This document shows positions 9,201 through 16,616 of a stretch of DNA of 36,333 nt, one piece after another. This stretch comes from a virus (taxonomy: Duplodnaviria > Caudoviricetes). Under the pieces are notes generated by a model. The model saw only the letters and a program-made list of their open reading frames with translations, was not told the DNA's origin and ran no database searches. Made by a program: the position numbers and the translations under genes. Location: the IMG/VR virus record IMGVR_UViG_3300002225_000010, positions 1 through 36,333 of that record; one strand, given 5' to 3'. Each line of letters opens with the position of its first letter. Within the stretch, counting starts at the first letter, position 1.

Positions 9201-12200
9201 CCAAGAAACTCTTTTACCAATTTTCTATCCATTGGCATTACAGTTGTATCGTTTAATACTGAATAAACTGGCTCTTCAGATAGACGAGCAATTTCTTCAT
9301 CAATCATTGGTGCCTTTTCATTCTTCCAATCTTCACTGTAACGATAAGTTAATTCTTTCATTACTTTGGTATCGATTGTTTCTTGGGCTCTATTTTTAGT
9401 TTGCTCTTGACGTTTTAAATAAGCATCCCATTCAATATCACTCATGCCTGATTGCTCTTTAGATTTAAAGAATTGATCATAAGCAGGGTTAGCCGTTGCC
9501 AATTCAATTTCAGCTTCAGTTGCAAGCAAGCGATCAAATACTTCAATAATTTCTTCTGAAAGTTCTGCTCGCTGTAAACGTTGGTCAGTTAAGTTTTGAT
9601 AGATACGAATCAACCAGCGCTTGAACGCTGCAAAAGCATCACGTAAAGCTAATGATGGAGCATTACCTTCACGAAGATAAACCTCAAATGTTTCAGCAAA
9701 CTTTTCATGTTGCTCAGTATCAATATCTTTAAATGAATCGACTTCTAACCAATCGAGAATAACTTGCTGATCATCAGTAACACCATTTAGTTCAGAAAGC
9801 TTACCTTCCATTTCAAGGAATAAGTGGCCGGACTCATGAAGGAACGTTGACAAGTCACTAGCCTGGTGCATCTTAATGATCATCGAATCATCATCAATAC
9901 GGATAGAACCACGTTTTAATTGATTGGCCCCGTCTGTTTGTGCTGGTTGAAATAGAAGTTTTTCTTGCTTCTTCACTAGTTCGCTACGCGCACCTTCAAC
10001 ATTCTCATCATAACGTTTAACAGTAATGCCTTTAGCCTTTAGTAGTTCAACGACTTCTTTACTTGTGCTTTTAGGTACAACCGCAACCTTAAATTCTGAA
10101 AAGTCCATTGCTCGCTGAACTTTAGCTTCAAAGTATTGTGTAGGCAAGTTTGCTAAGTAAGCGCCGAGTTTATTGATTATCTTATTGGCTTCTGCGCTCC
10201 CTTCAAATGCTTCGCGTATTCCGCTAGGTCCCTCAGTGATTGATTCAGCAACATCAGACATGTAGCCCCACCCTTCGGTTTGACCGACATAATAAGGCTT
10301 GAGACTTTCCATTGCATCCTCAAACACCAAGTCAGCATCACCCTTTATATCTTCCATTTCTTCTGACGATACGATTTTGTCACGGTTAGCTTGAACTTTT
10401 TTCTTGTTCGTCATTTCATTGGCGTACATTGCCCTTACAGATGTAATGCCATAATTAGACGATTCACCACCTTGTAACTTTTTATTCATTTCACGAACAA
10501 GCGTATCAAGGTTGTAAGGCTTATACTTACGATCACCGCTTGGTGTGTAACCTGCGAACAAACGCTTACTCTTAACAAGTGTGTTATAAGTGTTATCTAA
10601 CCATTTTTTGTAACCAGACTTAATACTTTTCTGATCCATCTTTTTACGAATATCATCACGCAGCTTTGACATATCAATGCCGTCATTTATGCTACGGGCT
10701 TTCGACAACTCATCACGTAGAATATCTTGTTTTGGTGAGTTGTAATCAATTCCACCAGTGATACCATCTTGCTTTAATGATGCAATAGTTCGTCTTATAA
10801 CAAGGTTTTTACTCGCAAATGCTTTGCCAACTTCAGCATCACCTGGTGCGAATGCTTGGAAGCCACCATCAACTCTACGCACTTCATAGCCTTCAGGAAG
10901 TTTAAAGTTAAACCATGTACTTGCAATGTCATCGAGAAATTCTTGGTCAACAGTTGGGTCAGTGGCTTTGATGTCACTAACCATTTTGTTATATTTATCT
11001 GCAACATTTTTAACAAAGTTAGGATCTTCAAGTACATCAACAGCAGGTACACCGATGATTGACTTGCTTATCTTATTCTCTTTCATCTTCTTCTGTTTAG
11101 GCGCTTTACCTATTGTTGATAAATAATGTAACTGTGTTGCTTTACCATCGAGTGCATTTTTACTTGTGATACTGCCGTCAGTAGGGTTATGTAATTTAGT
11201 ACCTTTGATCGACGAATCAATACCCTCACCCAAAATCCTAACCTGTTTGATGTCAAGTTGTTCATCAGCACGTGGTTGACGCGAGCTATAAATATCAGTG
11301 TCAAATGTTCTTACTTTTTTTTCGTCTAGCAACGATGGGTCAGCAATTAGTGATATTTCACCGAAGCTATCAAACCCTACATCAACATTAGCAACTGCTA
11401 TTGACGGTGCAGCCAATCCACCAAGTGCTTCAGCTTGCCTAATACCTTCTTCAGTGATGTTATGAGTGACTACTAAATTTTTAGTTACATCGCTTTGCGC
11501 CAATTCTGAAGGTGATACTTTTGAATCATCAAAAACAAAATAAACATCACTAACAATTGAGCCATCACCTTTTTCATCGACAATAGCGGCATCTTTCATA
11601 TTTTTAAATATAACGCCATCATTGCCTGATTTACTGGCCTCATCTATAGCTTCGTTTATTGCGCCTTCATTCAGTTCATCATCAGGATTAAATTCAACAA
11701 TTAAAGGGTTTTGCAAATCAACAGATACTTCTTTCAGCTCGCCCTGATCAAAACTAGAATCACCAATTTTTTTACGAATAATCGCATCAACGCCAGAACG
11801 TTCCTCTAATATTTCGGTAGAAAGATCTTCTTCAAGCAAGGTAACAATATCAGTAACCGCACCATTAACATCATCAGGATCATAAGGCCCAACAATATTA
11901 TCCAAACCAGCATCTTCGAATAATTGAAATATCTCATCATTAGATAAATCACGAATTGATTGCTCAATACCTTTAATATCTACCGTCTTTCTTTCAGCTT
12001 CGGTTTTAAATGATTCAGCCAATCCGCGATCAGATGTAAAGAAGAACCCTTTAGTTGCAGAGTCAGCGCCCGTAAAAGAACCTAACTTTTCTTTATCAAA
12101 CGAATCGAACTTTTCACCAGTACCATGAAATGCCTTGTATACTTGCTCTAAAGTTTTACCGTCACCATTTTTAGTTGCAGGGCCAACGATAGATAAACCC

Positions 12201-13888
12201 ATCATTTCGTAAATTTCTTTAACGGTTTTACCTGTTTGTTCGGCTTTTACTGTTGCGTATGCGGGAATTATTGCAGCACTATAACGAGCAGTAGCTTCGC
12301 TTTGTCTGCCAGAATCAACTAACTGTTGCTTAACATCTTCATAAATAGTTTCAGCTTCAGTTAATGCCGTCTTTGATTTTTCAGCACGTTCAAGCAATGA
12401 CTTAATACTAAAATCATCCTGAGCTTCTAATTGTGCCGGTGATAATGAATCACTTGATAAACGCATATGAGGACGTAAAGAAGTCATGATATCTTCGTTT
12501 GGTGCTATGTCAGTGCCAAATTGCTCCATATCAACGGTTATATCAGTACCTAAGCCATCTATTTGTTCAGTCATGTAAGAAGGTAATTCAACGCCATTTT
12601 GAGCGGCTTCAATTACTGCATCGCTTGATATATGAACTTGCTTGTCGGTTTCTAGACCTTTAAGGAAATTGCGGTACCTGTCTTCTTTTCGGCCACGAGT
12701 TGTTGAAGCCTGGGCAAAGGTAGCTATCTGATCAATAGTTTCTTGCTCGCCGGTAGACATAATAACAGTTTCAACATTACGTTCTGCGCGACTAGCTAAA
12801 GCTTCATATGATGAAGTGGCACCACGAATTGATGCGCCCATGCCAGAACCAGCAACAAGGCCAGCCAGTTGACGATCAATCATTTCTTTAACTGAAACAT
12901 CTTTTTTAGTACCAACAGTTTCACCTAAGTATTCAATGCCTTCTTGAATAAACTCAGTACCACCTTCAGTTAATGCCGCCGCACCTGTTGCCTTGATTGC
13001 TTCTTTGCCAGTGGTAACGCCGCCAACACCAAGGGTAACTTTACCAGCTAAACGTTCAATTAAACTTACCGCTACAGCAGGAATTAATGAGGTAGCTAAA
13101 TCTTGACCTGTTACATCTTTACGCTCGTCATTCTTTACACGGTCTTCAGCTATCTCTTCAGTTCGTGAAGAGATATAAGCCGGTAACGTGAAGATAGCCG
13201 CCATCATATCAGGGACCGATTGAACGCCTTGTTCAGTAATATAACCCGCTAATGTTTTTGGGTTCATATCACCTTTAAATCTTTCCCAAGTGAAACGAGG
13301 CTGATAACCATAGCCATCACCTTCTGAAACTGCTTTACCTATATTTTTCAATAAGTTAGGGGTTTCGTCGGGAATATCCCAAGACCAACTAAGGCCATCT
13401 TCACCGATAACAATACCAGGGTTCGGAATGCCTTTTTCACCAAGATAATCTTCGAAGTTTTCGCCAACGTTACCAGTAAATTCAACGAGGTTACCCGTTA
13501 AAGTGTTAACTCGGTTTAATGTTCCTCGTCCAATGTTGGACCAGAACCCATTTTCAGATTCACGAACAGCACCTTCAATGCCTTTGAGGTTGGTTATATC
13601 ATCAACTGATACGCGAGAATTTCTATCATCACTTAAGTATTGCGATAGTTTAGGGTAACCAGTGGTATCAATGGCTTCAACTTTAGAACGGCGCTTGAAC
13701 TCGCCTAGATTATTCTCAACAGTTTCAAGATCAATGTTTCGCGACTCAGCAAGCGTTATCACTTCCGCTTGCTGGTTAGGGTCAAAATGTGAGGCACGAT
13801 TTAAATTAGGCTTTGATGTATCGGATGAACCCAATTGTTCATCCAGTAAGCTATCTATATTTAAATCACTTTCGTTGTTTGATGGCAT
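6281..13888 (-). CDS. Giant internal virion (ejection) polyvalent protein with ART-like modules and HExxH zincin
   Basis: 2535 aa; last gene of the ejection cluster; EGGTEFIQE glycine-rich hydrophobic region; FHGT...GFFFT...NP...GNDGVI; STFLHESGH...HEKFAETFE.YL.EG.APS. Confidence 0.85.
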   Translation of the reverse strand: MPSNNESDLNIDSLLDEQLGSSDTSKPNLNRASHFDPNQQAEVITLAESRNIDLETVENNLGEFKRRSKVEAIDTTGYPKLSQYLSDDRNSRVSVDDITNLKGIEGAVRESENGFWSNIGRGTLNRVNTLTGNLVEFTGNVGENFEDYLGEKGIPNPGIVIGEDGLSWSWDIPDETPNLLKNIGKAVSEGDGYGYQPRFTWERFKGDMNPKTLAGYITEQGVQSVPDMMAAIFTLPAYISSRTEEIAEDRVKNDERKDVTGQDLATSLIPAVAVSLIERLAGKVTLGVGGVTTGKEAIKATGAAALTEGGTEFIQEGIEYLGETVGTKKDVSVKEMIDRQLAGLVAGSGMGASIRGATSSYEALASRAERNVETVIMSTGEQETIDQIATFAQASTTRGRKEDRYRNFLKGLETDKQVHISSDAVIEAAQNGVELPSYMTEQIDGLGTDITVDMEQFGTDIAPNEDIMTSLRPHMRLSSDSLSPAQLEAQDDFSIKSLLERAEKSKTALTEAETIYEDVKQQLVDSGRQSEATARYSAAIIPAYATVKAEQTGKTVKEIYEMMGLSIVGPATKNGDGKTLEQVYKAFHGTGEKFDSFDKEKLGSFTGADSATKGFFFTSDRGLAESFKTEAERKTVDIKGIEQSIRDLSNDEIFQLFEDAGLDNIVGPYDPDDVNGAVTDIVTLLEEDLSTEILEERSGVDAIIRKKIGDSSFDQGELKEVSVDLQNPLIVEFNPDDELNEGAINEAIDEASKSGNDGVIFKNMKDAAIVDEKGDGSIVSDVYFVFDDSKVSPSELAQSDVTKNLVVTHNITEEGIRQAEALGGLAAPSIAVANVDVGFDSFGEISLIADPSLLDEKKVRTFDTDIYSSRQPRADEQLDIKQVRILGEGIDSSIKGTKLHNPTDGSITSKNALDGKATQLHYLSTIGKAPKQKKMKENKISKSIIGVPAVDVLEDPNFVKNVADKYNKMVSDIKATDPTVDQEFLDDIASTWFNFKLPEGYEVRRVDGGFQAFAPGDAEVGKAFASKNLVIRRTIASLKQDGITGGIDYNSPKQDILRDELSKARSINDGIDMSKLRDDIRKKMDQKSIKSGYKKWLDNTYNTLVKSKRLFAGYTPSGDRKYKPYNLDTLVREMNKKLQGGESSNYGITSVRAMYANEMTNKKKVQANRDKIVSSEEMEDIKGDADLVFEDAMESLKPYYVGQTEGWGYMSDVAESITEGPSGIREAFEGSAEANKIINKLGAYLANLPTQYFEAKVQRAMDFSEFKVAVVPKSTSKEVVELLKAKGITVKRYDENVEGARSELVKKQEKLLFQPAQTDGANQLKRGSIRIDDDSMIIKMHQASDLSTFLHESGHLFLEMEGKLSELNGVTDDQQVILDWLEVDSFKDIDTEQHEKFAETFEVYLREGNAPSLALRDAFAAFKRWLIRIYQNLTDQRLQRAELSEEIIEVFDRLLATEAEIELATANPAYDQFFKSKEQSGMSDIEWDAYLKRQEQTKNRAQETIDTKVMKELTYRYSEDWKNEKAPMIDEEIARLSEEPVYSVLNDTTVMPMDRKLVKEFLGITKLPKQLYGRTEVDGIDPQEYSEVNGFASPEQMLTEMVSVPPLKEAADAAAQERMIEKHGDILNDGTIEVEAQEAIHNETQAKLLLEELKALKPERANKINRDYLKAEAKTLIGSMKFKEIQPNKYYRAEIKAAQKAVLAKDKEQQYNHKVQQLANHYMYREAVETKDRMTKHRKYVKSVQTREYNTKQVNPEYVQNMKVLANLYDMRQKPDQQVAVNNLLNWYVAQVDDENQFVQLELLDVNLIEALEAKQNGEITELKLPTFDDLSAQDLQGLNDMLRHLRYVGGVMSDLGKAEFNKTIDDMAESILKNGKSDYKGRGGVARRLEEQRRELSHFVNKFPSLRNLIRKLDGDFKDSDVEGVMHKEIFRLVEEANSDKITLNADLHKKFQEILGDIYRVGLTRGGNKTYLLDSGLTFDAHNEARFMLAVYWGTETSREAVRDGYGMTDNDVMKIMSDLTTEQLKMVNKVWEMNETVWPQLSSASVKLLGVAPPKLDAMPFTVNGVNMSGGHMRLMYDSSRLDLKADQDQATRMQTVVPTRAGSTFARVGGGGSPVKLYTSNISQSLEENIHYIAFAESGRRTQSLINNPKVKQAIEQKHGNGFFGALIENLEGTISNRSYRETVKTIARISKLLRRAATYKHLCFSIRNTVQQFSSLPVIVDELGVVPVINAMNRIVTDNDLVDFINDRSPFMKERASFVNREAAEFLKDLDVTNNVQKKYRDFASKGFFMQTAIDSLLAYPTWLATYERQFELHGDDKRASSEANTAVAESVGSGSDLHMGALFQKNQSEFVKIMTLFGSWFNSYYQRMYRSTEGWTTADAGTIKALFMTPVISATMAALLVMDYPADDSDEAWYEWMTKRYVSFMGGTIPFLRDIVGSFSGYSPKTLLGGGQETAFRLYGEFDSFLSGKQSGVKATSDITKAITTIVPVPGIGNVTRVMDFVDSNSQGKESGNAIKKTYQAIVEGKDKN

Positions 13889-15437
13889 TATTATAAGTCT
13901 CTAAAAATTGCTCAGGTGAAGGATCTACTCCACGCTTAGTATATGCATTTTTAACGGCGTTGAATAGATCAGGGTCTTCTTCTGCTATATTACCTATAAC
14001 TGTTGAGCGTTCATCCTCACTCATTTGGAAAATTGGCTTAGTTCCACCCCATAACCAAGTTGTATCAAACTGAAGCATCAAGCGATCCATTTGCTTATCA
14101 GACTGCTCATCAGTTGGCAGCTTGCCACCATTTTCAGCTTGAAAATTCATATACCATGAATCCATTTCACCTGATAGTTTTGATTTAGCGTTGCTATCGT
14201 TTATCTGGGCGTTTTCTAACTTGGCATTCATTCGCTGTTGAGTAGTAAGCATTGATTTTATTTCAACAGGCATTTCACCCTTTTGACTTACTTTGGACCA
14301 TGTATTAAATGCGGTTTCATTTAGCTTATCTGAATTCGCCATAAAGAATTCACGCAACTCTCTAAACTTACCTGTTTGCTGCAATCCGTGAAGAGTATCA
14401 ACAGCAGCGCGATCACTAACAGTTCTAGTTCTGCCAACTGAAGCAGACTGAGCGCTAAATAAATTACTTTGCTGCGCCGGCGATAATGCTCGCAATTCTT
14501 CATTAGGAATATCATCAACTGTTAAATCACCTTTGCGAACATCAAGATAATATTTATCAAATATCTCTGAACGTTCTTCAGTCTCAAATTCTTTTTGTTT
14601 ACCATGCATATAATCAAAGCGGCGTTCAACTTCTTTACGAAGTCTTTCATCAGGTATTCTTCCGGCGTTAATCATCGCATCACCGCGACTCATATCAAGT
14701 AGCAAATACTCATCGACAGTATCAACTGCCTTTTGCGCGAAAGTCGCCTCTTCTGCTTGTTTGGTTAGCTTAGCGCGATCTTCTGCGGGTAAGTCTTGAG
14801 CCCATGGCATACTCAACGCTTCTAGTCTCGTTGCGGGGTCCATTGTTTCCAATCGGCCTACGGCGGCATTGTTTCGCCATGAAGATTTTAATTCACTTGC
14901 TTCTTCTGCAGAGTAATAACCCATTTCAACGCCTGAATCTACCAAGCCTTTAACGGTTTCTTTTGAAGCATTAACATCATCAAGCTCACCAGTTACCGAT
15001 TGCTCATGTAATTTTGTTAATGATTCGTTGATGTATGCTCTTTCATGATCGCGTTCTTTACCGAATGATATTTTATTCATTCGAGATTTGCCTTGCTCAA
15101 TCCTTAATTGGTTACGTTGGATGAATTCAGCCCTTGCGCTAGGGCTAGTGATACCCATTGATGTTTCAGCAAGACCTTTATCCAGCTCCTTACCATAACG
15201 CTCATTGATAGTTTTATAATCTTCATCTTGATCATAGGCGTTATCCTGGGCATTTTTTACTGTGAGAAATTCAGTTTCGGCTTTGGTTGTTTCATAGCGT
15301 TCATTTTTATCAACAAGGCCCTTCAAGGCTGCGCCTAATTCATTTGGTGCAAATTTGCTAGTATTAATGCCTCTAACACCCTTTTGAGTATTAGCTACTT
15401 TTCTTCCTATACTTGCCGCATCAGGTATTTTAGCCAT
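13866..15437 (-). CDS. Internal virion protein (positional equivalent of T7 gp15)
   Basis: 523 aa, alpha-helical, MAKIP start, synteny. Confidence 0.65.
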   Translation of the reverse strand: MAKIPDAASIGRKVANTQKGVRGINTSKFAPNELGAALKGLVDKNERYETTKAETEFLTVKNAQDNAYDQDEDYKTINERYGKELDKGLAETSMGITSPSARAEFIQRNQLRIEQGKSRMNKISFGKERDHERAYINESLTKLHEQSVTGELDDVNASKETVKGLVDSGVEMGYYSAEEASELKSSWRNNAAVGRLETMDPATRLEALSMPWAQDLPAEDRAKLTKQAEEATFAQKAVDTVDEYLLLDMSRGDAMINAGRIPDERLRKEVERRFDYMHGKQKEFETEERSEIFDKYYLDVRKGDLTVDDIPNEELRALSPAQQSNLFSAQSASVGRTRTVSDRAAVDTLHGLQQTGKFRELREFFMANSDKLNETAFNTWSKVSQKGEMPVEIKSMLTTQQRMNAKLENAQINDSNAKSKLSGEMDSWYMNFQAENGGKLPTDEQSDKQMDRLMLQFDTTWLWGGTKPIFQMSEDERSTVIGNIAEEDPDLFNAVKNAYTKRGVDPSPEQFLETYNNAIKQRK

Positions 15438-15825
15438 TGTTGATCACCGTAGTAAGACCTAAATCAGGCTTGCGCTCCTGATCTTTTTTGGTTGGAATGT
15501 AAGGCTCCATCTTTTCGTCTTCGCTGCGATTTTCAGCAGCTTCAACAGCTTCATCAGGAGTGTTGTAAGCCGGTAATCTTGCGCCAGAAGCAACACGTTC
15601 ACGAGCCCGATCAATTGCGATGCGTTCATTTTCTTCACTAAGCTCGCCAGTTTCCAAGAAAGCTAAATCATCTTGACCTTGAACTAATGTAGGGATATTA
15701 ACCCACCCTCCTAATTCAGGTATTTCTGTTGTGATAGAAAATTCAGTTGATACTGATCCATCTTCGTTTTCAATCATACCAAGCTCACCATAGCGAGCAT
15801 CGGTTAGTATTAAATCATTTTGCAT
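15430..15825 (-). CDS. Hypothetical protein in ejection cluster (NEDGSVSTE domain)
   Basis: Start reassigned to the ATG at 15825 (TAATATG after the upstream stop, GGTGG RBS); 131 aa. Confidence 0.7.
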   Translation of the reverse strand: MQNDLILTDARYGELGMIENEDGSVSTEFSITTEIPELGGWVNIPTLVQGQDDLAFLETGELSEENERIAIDRARERVASGARLPAYNTPDEAVEAAENRSEDEKMEPYIPTKKDQERKPDLGLTTVINNG

Positions 15826-15826
15826 A

Positions 15827-16261
15827 TTAGCCACCACCGCCGCCAATCATTTTAATTGCATCATCGCCCTTGCTTAATAAGGTGCTTAACGCTTGACGTT
15901 GACCAGCTTTTTTAGCCATTTTACCCTCGGCTCGAATACCTTGAGCAGCAAGATCAATACCTGAAGCTTGTTCTTCAGCTTCGAACAATGCGGTTAAGGC
16001 GTTGTAATCAGTGGCTTGTTGTAGCTTGGCTTTTTGCTCAACAGCTCCTGCATCAGTTGTAGAACCACCACCAGCAGCCATTAACGCTTGAGCATCCGAT
16101 TGAAGCTTTTCACCGATACGGATACCTTCTTGAGTTTGGCGAGTTCCTTGAGCGCGTTTAGCTATTGCGTTTCGCTCAACTTGTTTAGCTTTGAATTTTG
16201 CGGCTTTCTCTGCAGCGTTACCTTCTGCTATCGATGAGCCAGCGTTAAACACTGCATCCAT
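15827..16261 (-). CDS. Internal virion protein (gp14-like)
   Basis: Ala/Gln-rich 144 aa with Q.A.MAAGG motif, follows the GNAT gene. Confidence 0.7.
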   Translation of the reverse strand: MDAVFNAGSSIAEGNAAEKAAKFKAKQVERNAIAKRAQGTRQTQEGIRIGEKLQSDAQALMAAGGGSTTDAGAVEQKAKLQQATDYNALTALFEAEEQASGIDLAAQGIRAEGKMAKKAGQRQALSTLLSKGDDAIKMIGGGGG

Positions 16262-16616
16262 GATCTACCCCTATTCTATAAAATCGACCTTGTTCATTTT
16301 CGTGGAAGAACTTAAAGCCAATTCGCTCAAGCACTTTGTTTGAATTATATTCTTTTTCGCTAGCAATTGCATAGATTGGTGAATTGTAATTACTAAGTAT
16401 ATCTTTAAATTTCTTAATAACTTTCATTATAGTCTTAGGATGCTTTCTTAATTTATCATCCATTCGACTAAACGCTTGTATAGGATTAGTGTGAAGAACG
16501 CCGGCTATACCAACGACTTCACCGTCTAGCTCGATTGCTAATCCTCTTACCGTGAAGCCCATATGATTAAATTCAGACAAATCATTACTTGCTAGTGGTC
16601 TTATCATTAATGTCAT
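16245..16616 (-). CDS. GNAT-fold protein (T7 gp13-like position)
   Basis: IRPL, DGEVVGIAG, N..VLERIGF GNAT motifs. Confidence 0.75.
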   Translation of the reverse strand: MTLMIRPLASNDLSEFNHMGFTVRGLAIELDGEVVGIAGVLHTNPIQAFSRMDDKLRKHPKTIMKVIKKFKDILSNYNSPIYAIASEKEYNSNKVLERIGFKFFHENEQGRFYRIGVDHGCSV

